Source of the DNA: Eledone cirrhosa
Lineage: Eukaryota
Length of the DNA: 64,000 bases
Reading direction: 5' to 3'
NCBI GenBank assembly: GCA_964016885.1
Contig: OZ024741.1
Location: 381,920,001-381,984,000, forward strand
Part shown: positions 1 to 13,562 of the stretch, piece after piece
Numbering within the stretch: the stretch's first letter is position 1
Layout of the letters: every line of letters begins with the position of its first letter
Notes under the pieces: model-generated
What the model was told of the DNA's origin: nothing
The model's database searches: none
The model's input: only the letters and a program-made list of their open reading frames with translations
Made by a program: the position numbers and the translations under genes

Positions 1-3000
1 CACCTGCAATGTGCTGTTTAAACGGTAAGGTCAGCTTTCCCCCTCTTGGGGAACCACCAGAACCTTTGAAGGAACTACTTACTGGTTCTACCTCAGGTCA
101 TCCAAATTCCTTCAACTCATCAGGAAGTACAATTGTGCGTTTCAAATGACTTATTTCCGGACTAACATTGTCAGAGAAAGTGATGGGATGCCTACTTTCA
201 AGGTCCAGGGGCAGGTGTACCATCTCATTGGGTCGCTCCAACCACTACAAAATTGCAAGCTTTCGTTCCTTCAAATTTACTTCATTTCTAACTACAGTAG
301 GCAAGTTGATGCGCGGTTCGGCGTTATTCCAACATTCGCAAACTCTGTCGCTGACACTTTTGAAAGGGACGTGCTGCTCGGTCTTCAAAACATGCTTCAT
401 GAGCACAACAGTTATATTCGCAGTTTCAAATACGCATTGGAAACAAACCCTTCACCAAACTTCACCATTGTCATCGTTGATGACAGAAGACATTCTGGGG
501 AGCACGCACGCCGTTATAACACTCCTTCGTGCAATGAAGTACCCGTAGTTATCCATGGTGAACAGCACAATAAGCGAGACATAGTTCTTCAAAGTCGTGA
601 CAGTGGTCTTCGACATATTAATGAGACGCATCGTTCATACGACGCCCTGCAGTATCCCCTTCTTTTTGCAAACGGAGAAGAGGGGTACCATTCCTCAGCG
701 CAATCCAAACGAGCACACTGGTGCGACATCTAAAACTGTTTCATGCATGGCTTAATACTCATAGCGCTTCATGACGAGCCCTAACGATTTCAGCACCCTA
801 CACAGGTCACGGGAACTGTTTCACCAGTTTGCAGTTGACATGGCTGCGAAGTCGGAGTCAGAGAGACTGTGCTTCATATAATTGAATCAGAAGCAGCTGC
901 GCTCAGACTCCTACATCTATTTGCGTGACGGCATCAGGAATGACACTGACTCCCGGAACATCGACAAACTGTGCATTCTCACTTAAACGTATACGGGGGG
1001 GGGGGGACTACATGTACGAGCGAACACAGGACGCTCTGACGTTTGTTCGGCATTTATTCATCACGTTTACGTGTAACACCAAGTGGGTTGAGGTTACCCG
1101 GGAACTTATCCCAGAGCAGCAGTACTGCCATCGGCATGATATTATTTCCATGGTTTTCAGGCAGAAGCTGGCTAAGATAATTGATCTAATAAAAAAAGGG
1201 AAGGTTTTCGGGCCTGTTAGGTGCCACATGTATACTGTTGAGTGGCAGAAGAGAGGGTTGCCACACGCGCACATTTTGGTTTGGTTGGTCACCAAAATAG
1301 ACCCTACAGTTATAGCTGACGTCATCACAGCGGAAATACCGGTCCCCGTTGTTGACCGGGAGCTGTACGACATTGTGAAGGCACACATTATGCACAGTCC
1401 GTGCGGTCCAGGTTTTCAAGAGTTCTCTTCATGCCACAAGGACCATGTGTGCACTAAACGATACCCAAAGAGGTTTGTTGAGGAGACTCGGACCGGTGGC
1501 CACGGATACCCACTGTACAGACGAAGGCGGCCTGAGAACGGTGAATTCATCAAGTTGATAATAGGTGGGTGGCCCCGTACTGTCCATTTCTGATGAAAAC
1601 TTTCAACGCTCATATAAATGTGGAGTTCTGTCATTCAGTGAAGTCGATAAAGTACATATGTAAATATGTTAACAAGGGTTCCGACGCTGCCATGTTCGGC
1701 CTTCAAAACGACAATTGCAGGGATGAGGTCTCGGAGTACTTGGCAGGTCGATATATCAGCACTGGTGAAGCTTTGTGGCGGATATTCGGATATCCACTTC
1801 AGCAAAGGCACCCCGCCATCATACAACTAGCGGTTCATTTGGAAAACGGCCCGCGGGCTTACTTTACTGAACAGACTGCTGCTCATTTGGCGGCCAATCC
1901 AAAAGAAACAACTTTGACTGTTTATTTTACGCTTTGCCAACTTGACACATTTGCAAAAACACTTTCATATCCTCAGGTCCCGTCCTAATACGCGTGGTCA
2001 AACAACACTTGGGTGCGTAGGAAGTCAGATCAGGATGTTGAAGGACATCCTGTTGTCAAGTTTGACAGTTGTCTAGGAAGAGTGTACACTGTACCTCCCA
2101 ACCCGCATGAGTGTTTTCACCTGCGCCTTCTCCTCCATGAGGAGTTCGCGCACAAAGCTTTCGAGACATAAGAACTGTTGACGGTGAATTATGTGATACT
2201 TTCCGGGAAGCCTGCTTTAGGCGTGGCCTTTTGGAGGATGATGCACAATGGGGCGCCATTATGGCAGAGGGTGTTTTGTTGAACTCTCCAAAAAGACTAA
2301 GATCGCTTTTCGTTAATCTACTCCTATGGTGCGACTTGGGTGATCCGGCCTCTTTATGGCTTAGTTACAAAGACTACATGTCTGAAGATTTCCTGCGCTA
2401 CGCTCAGTTGCTAAACCCATCGATGGAGGTCGGGTACAGTGACCTCATTTACAACAGGGTGCTGCTTGAAATCGAAGATACTGTTCTCGATATGGGCGGT
2501 AGTGCGTTGGCGGTGTATGGCCTACCTTCAACAAACCGGGAAGGCGCAAACACTCTGTCTTCGGATTTGCAGCGTGAGACATCTTATAATGTTGTCGAGC
2601 TTCCCCAGTACATAGCGGAGAATGAGCCAAAGCTCCTTCCGGAACATAAATTCGCTTACAACTCCGTTATTAATTCTTTCCGGGGCAAAGCTGGGGGGAT
2701 TTTTTTCCTGGACGCTCCTGGGGGGACTGGGAAAACTTTTGTCACCAAATTAATATTAGCTGAGATTAGGCGAACAGAAGGCATTAGCTGTGGCATCATC
2801 TGGAATTGCGGCTACTTTATTGCCGGGCGGCCGGACAGCTCACTCCTATTTCAAGCTCCCGCTTGACTTAGCAAAGACTGAGACACCCACTTGCAACATC
2901 AGTAAGAGCTCCGATCAGGCAGAAGTGTTCAGACGATGGAAGCTTATCGTTTGGGACGAATGCACGATGGCCCACAGAGGTGCTCTTGAGGCGCTCGATA

Positions 3001-3992
3001 GAGCTCTGAGAGACATCAAAGACTCTACGGCTCCAATGGGAGGCATAGCACTTCTTCTTTCAGGGGACTTCAGGCAAACGCTTCCCGTTATTCCCAAGGA
3101 GACTAGACCTGATGCAGTACGTGCGTGTCTTAAGTCATCCGCATTGTGGCCCCTGGTGAAGACTCTGACACTTCACACTAACATGCGTGCTCATATGCTA
3201 GGTGATATAAAATCAGCAACATTTTCTCACACCCTCCTTGCACTTGGCGAAGGCAAAACGCCCGGGGATGAAAAGGGTAATATTGCCATCGACTCACTTT
3301 GTACCGTTGTTAGTACGCCTTCTGATCTCAGGGATGCAGTGTTCCCAGATCTCCAAGCAAATTATCAGAATATGGATTAGCTTGCCCAAATGGCTATTCT
3401 GGCCCCGAGGAATAAAACCGTTAACCATATTAATGATCAAATGCTAAAACTCATTCCTGGGGATGGCTATGTATATAAGTCTATCGATAGAACTCATGAC
3501 CCCGAAGACGTCATCAACTATCCAATAGAGGTACTAAATTCCTTTGAGCCCCCCGGATTACCCCCACACATTTTGAAACTTAAAGTTGGTGCCCGTATAA
3601 TGCTCATTCGAAATTTTGTTCCGCCGAAACAAACCAATGGCACACGTTTGGTCGTTAAGTCCTTAGCTCCCAATCTGATTGAGGCCAGGATAATCACAGG
3701 GTGCGGTCGGGGCAAGGTTGTGCTCATACTGAGGATGCATCTTTTCCCATCAGGAGCAGACCTACCTTTCTCATTTCGGAGGTCCAAGTTCCCGGTCAGT
3801 CCATGCTTCGCATAGTCAATTAACAAAGTGCAGGGACAAACACCGTCTGTCGCGGGAATACATTTGGGGGAGCCGTGTTTCTCTCATGGTCAGCTTTACG
3901 TTGGCTCCTCGCATGTCGGCAGCAAGAGTTATGATTTCGCGTTCGTTCCGCAAGGAAAAGCAAAAAACATTGTGTACAAGGAGGTTTTATAG
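1..3992 (+). pseudogene. Helitron Rep/Helicase, multiply frameshifted
   Basis: Rep motifs LFITFTCN, YTVEWQKRGLPHAHIL (HUH), KYICKYVNKG; helicase motifs LDAPGGTGKT, IVWDEC, GDFRQTLPV, ILAPRN, HGQLYV; terminal NIVYKEVL* with TAG at 3990-3992. Confidence 0.93.
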
Positions 3993-4784
3993 GATTACCT
4001 TGATTCCTAATTTTATAACTTTTTTATTTTTTTATTTTTTGCCTTTTCGTGAGTACTTTCTAAGTAGGTTAACCTTCACTGCATTGCACTGGACACTACC
4101 TACCATCTGCCGTACAAAGGCTGATTCTCGCGGCGTTAGAAAGCTTCATTGCAACTCTGACCCTACTCAAATATCAGCTGTTGTTCCTCACCAACCTCCG
4201 TTTGGTGGGCCTCGGATGACAGTGGACAGGTTAATATTTCACCCCCGTACGACTCTCAAAGGGTCAACAATGCTTTAATGATGGGTTTTACATTTTTAGG
4301 CGGTTCCCTGCAATTACTTCACACTTCACCAACACCTGGCCTCCGCTCAGCTCTATTTTCCTCCCTCCGTCGGCACAGCAGCAGACTCATCATCTATGTC
4401 CGACGTACATGATGCCCCAACCATACCATAACCCCTCTTCCTCTTTTTTGGTTGTCATAATTCGACAGTGTTTTCAGGCCCCTGTTTGCGGTTCCCTCAA
4501 TCCACTCCCTCCCCCGTTAAAACATGTCATGCAGAACAACTCCATCACAGCTCTGTTGTTCGGCTGGCATCGTCTACGCACGTGTTGCGCAAGTACTGTG
4601 AAACAATAAATTTGAACACTTCTTTGCACAGAGATAATATCAATAGGCGAAACTACAATTGTCTCTCTTGGCCCAGCCCCTGCTTCACCAGTGCAGGTTT
4701 GCAAATCATTCAACCAGTTCCTGGCAGACAAAAAAGTGCTGCCATAAAATGGGTTGAGCAACCTAACTTTGGAAACTTACTGAC

Positions 4785-4812
4785 CCCGAGCAATGCCGGG
4801 CTTTAATGCTAG
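4785..4812 (+). terminator. Helitron 3' terminal hairpin and CTAG end
   Basis: cccgagcaatgccggg hairpin (4785-4800), 8-nt spacer, CTAG (4809-4812), then T; this is the canonical Helitron 3' end. Confidence 0.85.
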
Positions 4813-4859
4813 TTCGATATAAAACTCACAAATGCATATATATATATGTGTGTGTGTGT

Positions 4860-4902
<43 letters not shown>

Positions 4903-4923
4903 TGTGTGTGTGTGTATGTGTGT

Positions 4924-5098
4924 GAGTAATCCGGGTACAATGGGAGGTAACCGCACGCAGTAAATACTTAATACAAAGTAGAGTGTAAATATTTAATATA
5001 GAAATGTCTTCTACAGGACTAGAACAGTTTTATTCAAAGGAACTCATCATAAAGCCCCGACTTTCGAATGAAAGAATTCTATTCCTGTAGAAGCCATT

Positions 5099-5100
<2 letters not shown>
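4924..5100 (-). mobile_element. Small foldback PLE-derived element with degenerate HHR
   Basis: Imperfect inverted repeat aaatgtcttctacagga / tcctgtagaagccattt. Minus strand reads atgatga-gttc cttt gaat-aaaa-ct gttct ag-tc. Tail resembles 52941-53017 (cactctact...gtatt.agta). Confidence 0.4.
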
Positions 5101-5179
<79 letters not shown>

Positions 5180-5535
5180 AGCGCATATGTGTGTGAGCGT
5201 GTGTTTGTGTATGTATATATATATATATGCGTGTGATTGTTTGTCTCTTTGCAAGTGCCTGTTTGAGTATGCATGTGTTCATTAACCGAAAGTTTGTGAA
5301 CAGATTATTGAAAAAAAATTCAATCTTAACTAAGACGTTTATAGAGATGGTCATTATGTTTGAAAATATCATCCTTAAATAGTATTAAACATTACCATCG
5401 GAGTAAAGTAAACCTGAGTCTCCTCATTTTATGATAAAGAGAAACTAGATTGATAGGAATGACGCACTTGGGAGCCATAGCATGATCAACATTGGAGAGA
5501 AATTCAAAGCTTAAAACAATATGTTACTCTTGGGT

Positions 5536-5745
<210 letters not shown>

Positions 5746-5751
5746 TAATGT

Positions 5752-6042
5752 AAAAAAGATGAAATCGAAAATGCAACTGGAGTCTTATTTTAAAAAAATA
5801 TATATATATTTATTTGGTTCCTTTACCGGTTTCGCAGTTCTTCTCACATGTGAGAAAAACCACAGACCCTCCATCTCAACTCTACTTTTGAAAAGCAGAA
5901 GAACTGCGAAACCGGTAAATAAATATATATATTTAAAAAAAAATAAGACTCAAGTTTCATTTTCGATTTCATCTTTTTTTCTTTATACTTTCACTCGTGT
6001 AGGACACCTCGGTTATTTTTCATTTTGTAAATAAAAGCTCAC

Positions 6043-6050
<8 letters not shown>
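5752..6050 (+). mobile_element. Miniature foldback element with U3-A8 hammerhead variant
   Basis: Inverted arms ~5752-5844 and ~5897-5980. At 5885-5919: TTGAAAA-gcag aagaa ctgc-GAAAC-cg-GTA. Unpaired 3' tail; flanked by (TA)n. Confidence 0.65.
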
Positions 6051-6094
<44 letters not shown>

Positions 6095-6487
6095 GATATA
6101 TTATATACTTATATATAAAAGTCATAAGGGACACATATATATTTAAACATAAGCATAGATACATATATGAGTGTTGCCTATCTTCAACGATGTGGATGAA
6201 TGAAAGAATGAATTAATCAGACCTATATAAGATTGTAAGTTTGAAGAAATATTAGATAAATGATAACCAATATTCATCTAGACCTGACTGTCGACAGTTT
6301 CGTATGAGCTTTGTTCAAATAGATAATCACTGCATTATCCATGAGGCATCAAGTTGATCAATTGACTAGCGAAATATGGGTAAATATTTATGTATCATTT
6401 CAAATTAAGCTATATATATATATATAAACAAGCAAATTATAAACGTAAACATGTAAGTATGTTTTTGAAACGGTGCGCGAGTTTGAA

Positions 6488-6720
6488 ATTAGAAATTAGA
6501 AATTATAAGCTTTCACCGTATTTTAGACTAAAGACATTTCTAGCCTGATAGTGGGGTTTATAAGCCTCGGAGAAATGGAAAAAGATGAGTGTTGCCGTAT
6601 ATGCTCCCATGTATGGCGACACTCATCTTTTTCCATTTCTCCGAGGGTTATAAACCCACTATCAGGCTAGACATTTCTTTAGTCTAAAATACGGTGAAAG
6701 CTTATAATTTCTAATTTCTA

Positions 6721-6722
<2 letters not shown>
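6488..6722. repeat. Near-perfect ~235-bp palindrome (foldback element)
   Basis: attagaaattagaaattataagctttcaccg...gagtgttgccgtatatg-ctcc-catgtatggcgacactc...cggtgaaagcttataatttctaatttctaat; abuts (TA)n. Confidence 0.9.
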
Positions 6723-6813
<91 letters not shown>

Positions 6814-6996
6814 CATATATACATTTTTATCTAAATTTCAGACAGTAAAGAGAAAACAAAAAAGCGTGGAAGCGAAGAGGCAGTACAATTGTTATTATTA
6901 GTTTCACGCTTGACAATGTGTGTGCGTGTGTGTGTGTGTGGTGGTGGTGGTGGGGTGTGTGTGCATATATACATATAACACACACACACACACACG

Positions 6997-7084
<88 letters not shown>

Positions 7085-7772
7085 TATTGATTTAGAAACT
7101 CAAATTCGTCTTTAACAATTAAATAGCTCAAGGAAGGGAATCTTTGCGAACCGTGTAATACAATTGAATATATGAGAGGGATGATGAACACCAATACAAT
7201 GTGTTCCTATTGCAAATAACCAAGTTAGCTAGGTTGAAAAAATACTAAATTAAAATAATAAGGTTCGCCTGTCTCGTTTTAAAGTAATAAATCAATAAAA
7301 TTAACAAACCTATATCGGACAACTACCGTTTCATACCCGGACAGATCTATATCTGTTTCGAAAGAATTATTAAGTGAAAGCCACCATTCCTCTGCTCTTC
7401 TGCGGGTATCCAGGAAATTCGTTGCAGCGCCTAGCGCGTCTCATAACCATGTCGCTAAAAATCACAGTCGGTTTTATGAGACTAAAGTTAGCTCTACGCA
7501 GGGAGCCGAGAATATCATAGATTGTGTTAGAAACTCAAAATAGTCTTTTACAATTAAATAGCCCAAGAAGAGAATCTTTCGGAGCCGTGTAATACAATTG
7601 AATATATGAGAGGGATGTACACCGATACAAGTATACCTGTGTTCGAATTGCAAGCCACCATTCCTGTGCTCTTCTGCGGGTTCCTGGATTTCTGGATACC
7701 CCCACAAGAGCACAGGAATGATGGCTTTCACTTAATAATTATTGAGAAACAGATGTAGATCTGTCCGGGTAT
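7085..7772 (-). mobile_element. Non-autonomous PLE pLTR derivative: direct repeat plus inverted HHR segment
   Basis: ~7090-7200 is repeated at ~7527-7630. HHR segment occurs on minus (7333-7409, partial 7655-7680) and inverted on plus (7695-7772). Terminus resembles 50865-50950 and 46148-46230. Confidence 0.7.
7333..7409 (-). ncRNA. Type I hammerhead ribozyme with CAGAAGA core
   Basis: atacccg-CAGAAGA-stem II-GAAA-cagat atag atctg-TC-cgggtat; 7-bp stem I, long stem III, GUC site. Confidence 0.7.
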
Positions 7773-8384
7773 CATAATAAAGTTTTCAGGTTCAATTTAA
7801 ATATTAAATATTAAAAATGTAAAATTTAAGTTTAAAATTTAAGAGCGCTGTTTGGTGAGCGAACAATAATCAGTGACATGACGGATTCCCGGTCCTCCCA
7901 TATATATGTATATATATAGTGTAATGAGTTAAAACAGTCGATATTAATATTAATGGTCGTTTTGTTTATAAAGGAGAATTACATTTTCGCACGTGGGTAG
8001 CTGAAAATATCCGTTCTATGAATTGGATATGAAAATTAAAATGTTTGATACATTTTATAACAGTAATTTCAATGAAAGGTGTAGTAGTCAGATTATAATA
8101 TTTACATATTCATTGACATGTATAGTCCTATTCCAAACCTGATGGGCAAAATGACCCTGATCTCTCTCCCACCCTTTAGGTAATTTTTCCATTTCTTTGA
8201 TACTTCAATTAATAAGTATTATTGAATTTATATTGTCTAATTAATACGTATAACTTTATATTAGTGAGTAGTACATGTGTATCCATGCTCAATGGTTTAG
8301 TATAATATTATTAGTTACTACAATGTATATCTATTTTGAATTTGTTTCCATTTTTGGATTTGTAATCTTAAGTGTAGGTAAATA

Positions 8385-8822
8385 TAAATATTAATATAAA
8401 AGAAATAGGATTTCGCTTCAAGTATAGCTTTATACAATATGTATAAATATTTCGTATCTCCAAAGAAATACGGTTTTAGTAAGCCGTAGCTATGCAAACG
8501 CCGGGGGGCTAACGCTCTCTGGTGATGTCCAGCAGAAGCAAGGGGGGGACAACCGTTTATGCATTTAAGGCTTAACCGGCCATCGTCAGGATGGCCCTTT
8601 CCACTGCTCGGGACTGCTGGACTAGAAGACAGGCGAGAATATATAGTTTTCTCGTCTGTGTAAATGAGGTGATTAATTTCATTTTGCATATGAAGCTGCA
8701 TAAGTTGGCTCAACTTATAATAGAAAGGAAATATGATTTCGCTTCAAGCATAGCTTAAAGTTATGCTGGAAGAGAAATCCTATTTCTTTTCTATTATAAG
8801 TCATATTTCTGTTCTATTATAA
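8385..8822 (-). repeat. ~326-bp HHR-containing unit with terminal redundancy (retrozyme-like)
   Basis: gcttcaagYatagc at 8415 and 8741; CTGACGA on minus at 8583-8589; short inverted piece 8760-8800; homologous to 9511-10060. Confidence 0.65.
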
Positions 8823-9261
8823 AACTGGTCATCCTGCATTGTGAACCATGATGCGGTAGTAGGTAATACACTAAAGATAACGTGATTCAATCATATGTAA
8901 GATTCTATTGGTGGCGCGGGAACGGAGCTGGTTACTATTGAATAACGTGACAGGAGGTCGGATTGTTGTAATTCTTTTATTGTTATTATTTTTGCATACT
9001 CTATATATATTTCAATGGCCAGTAGAATTCTAGTGACAACATCGGGTGAATTGTATAACAGTCATAAAGGAATCTTGGCAAACATAAACTGAGTAAACGG
9101 AGACAAAAAAATAATGATAAAATTGGAGATATTTGACTGTTATGCAATACAACTTATGATGTCGCTGGGACTCAACTGGCCTTTGAATTATATATGGTGT
9201 CTGCAAAATAAAAACTTCAACGGAATTCCAACAATCCAGCCTCATATCACTTGGTTCAATA

Positions 9262-9299
<38 letters not shown>

Positions 9300-9510
9300 A
9301 TTGTTATTATTAGAAAATTTGTGGAATATATCCGCAGTAGTAGATCACTCAGTCTATGAGGGGTGAGTTTGGTAGAAGTTGTTCCACAATAGTTAAGTCA
9401 CAATTTCCGAGAACAATTTGTTTAACGTTAGACGGATCATCAACTCGGCATAAATGAGATAATATAGAAAAGAGAAACCACTATAATGATACATTTGCTT
9501 ATGAAGGAGT

Positions 9511-10060
9511 ATAAGTTGCCTCAACTTATAATAAAATAAAATTACAATTTAGCTTCAAGCATAGTTTGTCCCCCTTGTTTCTGCTGAACACCGCCAGACG
9601 GCGTTAGACGCTGTTGTTTTGGCATAGCTGCGCTTCTCGAAATGTTTATTTTAAACATACCGTATTTCTTCTAAAATACGAAATTCCGATACATATCTGT
9701 ATACGAGTAAGCCGAAAGCTAAGTTGTAATTATATTCTATTCTAAGCTGGGCCAAATTATACAGCTTCATATGCAAATGAGATTAATCATCTCATTTACA
9801 CGGACGAGAAAACCATGTATTCTCGCCTGTTTTCAAGTCCAGCAGTTGCAAAAGTGGGAGGGATCGTGCTGATAAGAACCAGTTCGGTTTGAAATGCGCA
9901 TGCACGATTGTCCCCCTTAATATTCTGCTGAACACCGCGTGACAGCATTAGTCGCTGCTGTTTTAGCATAGCTACGGTTCTCTAAATGTGTAATTTCTTA
10001 AATACAAAATTCCAATACGTATTTGTATACAACTATGCCTAAAGCTGAATTGTAAGTACA
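9511..10060 (+). repeat. ~342-bp HHR-containing tandem unit (~1.5 copies, retrozyme-like)
   Basis: tgtccccctt...ctgctgaacaccgc recurs at 9567 and 9909; 9511-9565 is an inverted piece; same family as 8385-8822 in opposite orientation. Confidence 0.7.
9863..9908 (+). ncRNA. Degenerate minimal type I hammerhead
   Basis: atcgtg-CTGATAA-gaacc agttc ggttt-GAAA-tgcgca-TG-cacgat; palindromic stem III; G8A and G17 lesions. Confidence 0.6.
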
Positions 10061-10718
10061 TCCATTCGGTTTTCATTGTTGACATGTTTACTGCGTTCCG
10101 TGGTGGCCTCTGTCCGCAATCTTTGCGGCACGTTTTTACCACCGCCGTAAAAAAAAACTTCTGAATTATCTCCCTTTCCCTTCTCCTCCTCACTTTTGGT
10201 TGCTCGTGTATCTCTCTCACTTTCTCCTCTCTATGGGAGAGGCAGCACGATTATACCAGCTCTGAGTCGTAGCTGACCACCAGGCTAAAGTCTACCAGGC
10301 TAGCCACAACTTACTTTCCCTATTTTTCCACGGTTACTTTTTTGCATGTTTCTTTCACCTGTGTCTTCCCACGATGGCATCTGTACACTTTTTTTCTTCT
10401 ATTCCTTTAGTATTTTCCCCTTCTTCCTCTCTCCTCATCTTTTCCCCGCTGTTCTTCCTCCTGTCCCTCTCTTTCCTTTTCTCTCTCCTTTTTTTCTCTC
10501 TTTCTCTCTCCTTTTCCTCCTGGCCTTTTGATTAATAATAGGCCTCGGGCGCACCCGAACTACACCGATGTCCTACAATTCAGCGCCGAAACATCGGTCG
10601 GGAAACATTTACAGCTGACGATGGAAACTCCTTTCTTCCTTTCTCCTCCTGTTCCATCCTAACCACCATCCTAAACCTTGTTTTTAGTAACCACACAGCT
10701 CCTTTCGTTTCATAACTT

Positions 10719-10756
<38 letters not shown>

Positions 10757-11266
10757 GCGTGAGGCTGTGAGTGTGTATCTGTGTAACTGTGTCTATTCCA
10801 TTTCAGACACGTTCGCCTTACTATTACCCTGGTAGGTGTTAATAGAAATCTAAACATATCTTATTGTTTTTTGTGAGCGTTAGAAAATGAGAATCGTAAA
10901 TGTCTTTTACCCTCTCTATATGGCAGTGCAGGCATTGATGGAGATGTAGTATCGTATCTGGAATATCACAAAACAATTCCTTTCAATTATTTTTAGAAAA
11001 TACAACTGCATCCGTTTTCTTGAAATTTCTGTATGAATATTATACTGACAGGTGCAAACTTTTTTATGTATCGCTAGATTTGAAAACGAATAGAATAAAG
11101 GCCATACAGTACAACTGATGTATTTTTATGTGTAAAATATAAATAATTCCATTGTAAAGTTTCCTTCATTTAACGTTAAAATTAGAATGTTTAAGATGAA
11201 ATGTGTAGCAATAACTGTTATTGTAATTATATGCATATATTTATATACATGTATATACAGGCACAT

Positions 11267-11340
<74 letters not shown>

Positions 11341-11352
11341 GTATGTGTGTGT

Positions 11353-11388
<36 letters not shown>

Positions 11389-11482
11389 ATATATTTATAT
11401 ATATAGTAATAATAGTAATAATAATCAATTTGAAGACTAAATCTAAAGAGGGCTCGATAAGGATAAATATATATCAAATATA

Positions 11483-11528
<46 letters not shown>

Positions 11529-12890
11529 TGTATGTATGTATGTATGTATGTATGTATGTATGTATGTATAAGTGTGTGTATGTTTCTGTGCGTGTGCATA
11601 TGTATGCATATATATTTATATATATATATATATATATATGCATGTAAGTATATATTAATGTTTGTATGTTTATATGTATGCATGTGTATAAGTAAATATG
11701 TATACATTCAATTTCATGTCCTGAAATTTTGTATTGATTTACAATAAAATTAACATGCATAAAAATTACATTTCAGACCGCTATTCTCAAAAAGGCTTGT
11801 CTATAGATAATGTTTATGATGTGAATAACACTTGTCATATCGTCCATTATATCTGGTTATCCAGTACCGCAGGAAGGGCTGAATCTATAGAAGCTATAAA
11901 TGTCTGCCATTTTAACTGCACATAAAAAAGGTACATTTTGTTGAAAAGTAATAAGCTGTTTCTTGCTTGTTTGTATCCCATAATGGCATTTTGCATCATT
12001 TCAAACAAAACTTCCTGGTATTCAGTATAAGAAGCGATTTTAAAGTGAAAATAACAATGCAGACTTGGGGATCATTTGTTTTTTTTTTATCTCCCATAAT
12101 GAAACATTCTTTGAAAGCTTACAATTCCGGAGCGTTCAATTAAATCGTAATCGGTGTTCGGTTTACTTCAGTAGAGAACATTACATCTTATCTGTTCTAT
12201 TATTACTTAAAACTATCAACTGGTGATTGATTCATTGTCAAAAGACAGACATAAATCTCACCGCAACAGGATACAACATAACAAAGCCCTTTATAATTGG
12301 CAGCATGTCTATAAGAAATTATGGCATTATTCATGAATGTGTATTCATTTGTGTCTATGTGATTGTGATTCTTCTCTCCAAATGCTATTGTTTCAATATA
12401 TTATACTGGTTTTATCTTCTTTCGAAACATTCACAGAATTTTTTTAATGGTAATATACAAAACATATTTCATTTGATGTTGCATATTGCATCAATGTCTG
12501 CGATCTTTTTGATATAAGTATTTGGAGTTTGCAATGGATAATGTACAGAAAAGCTAACCACATATTAATAGATAACGTGTTTAAACATGAATATTTTAAA
12601 ATACTTATTTATCACACATATTCAGAAACTTTTTTCTCATTAATATGCTACCATATAAACTTAACTCTTTCTGGAATAAATTACCACGAAGTATATATGT
12701 GGAAAATTGTGTTAAACCATTTGTCTTCCATGCGATTTTTATTTAATAACATAATATACATATAATATGCAAGTACACAATAAACCTTTTTGTGAATTAC
12801 GCACACACACACATACATACACACACTGCCTAATGAGAGGTGAATAACGATGGCGAATTCAACAGGAAGGCCATGAGTAATTCTGATATA

Positions 12891-12970
<80 letters not shown>

Positions 12971-12971
<1 letters not shown>

Positions 12972-13466
12972 TAGACGAATTATCCGCACCTTCCTGCGAT
13001 TCACACTTTTTTTTTAACAAAATGCTGAATGATTCTAAATCAGTGATATAATTTATGGAGAATAACTCTGCATTTCAATATTACTCAATATCAAATGTAA
13101 TGCATGAATAATTGGAAAACATTATTTTTTGTAATATGTCAAATTTAAATGAGATTATTAAATCTTATTCTTATTTCGTTTCTTGTAAATATTTTTTTTC
13201 AAAACATCTATTAAACATTTTTGTGAATAGGTATCATATCTTGTCATTTACCTATGGTTTAAACTTCATATAAATCGAAGAGAAAAACAATTTTAGCAGG
13301 GTTTTGTGACCCCAGGGAGCCCATTGATTAAAATGAAATAATATTTATCCAAGTACCCTAGGTAGTTTCAGAATATATATGATTATGGGGGTCTATCTCC
13401 AAAACCATAGGAGGAGTTCGTGAACAAACAAACAAGCAAACAAACAGACAGGAACTACAACTTTAT

Positions 13467-13467
<1 letters not shown>
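12971..13467 (-). mobile_element. Non-autonomous Helitron-like element (Lep1-like layout)
   Basis: Plus strand begins a|CTAG followed by a degenerate GC hairpin (ccgcaccttcctgcg) and ends in (CAAA)n cagacagg...ctttata. Confidence 0.5.
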
Positions 13468-13555
<88 letters not shown>

Positions 13556-13562
13556 TAGATAG

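Larger units (their letters stand above)
1..4812 (+). mobile_element. Helitron, autonomous type, decayed; 5' end lies outside the window
   Basis: Rep and Pif1-helicase motifs spread over frameshifted ORFs; ends in a GC hairpin followed by CTAG|T at 4785-4813. Confidence 0.93.

Noticed and set aside
10540-10660. Hammerhead-like pieces ggcgc...gcgcc-GAAAC-atcg-GTC and CTGACGA
   Set aside because: No CUGANGA before the stem II and no GAAA after the CTGACGA; a complete fold cannot be built, although a decayed pLTR is possible.
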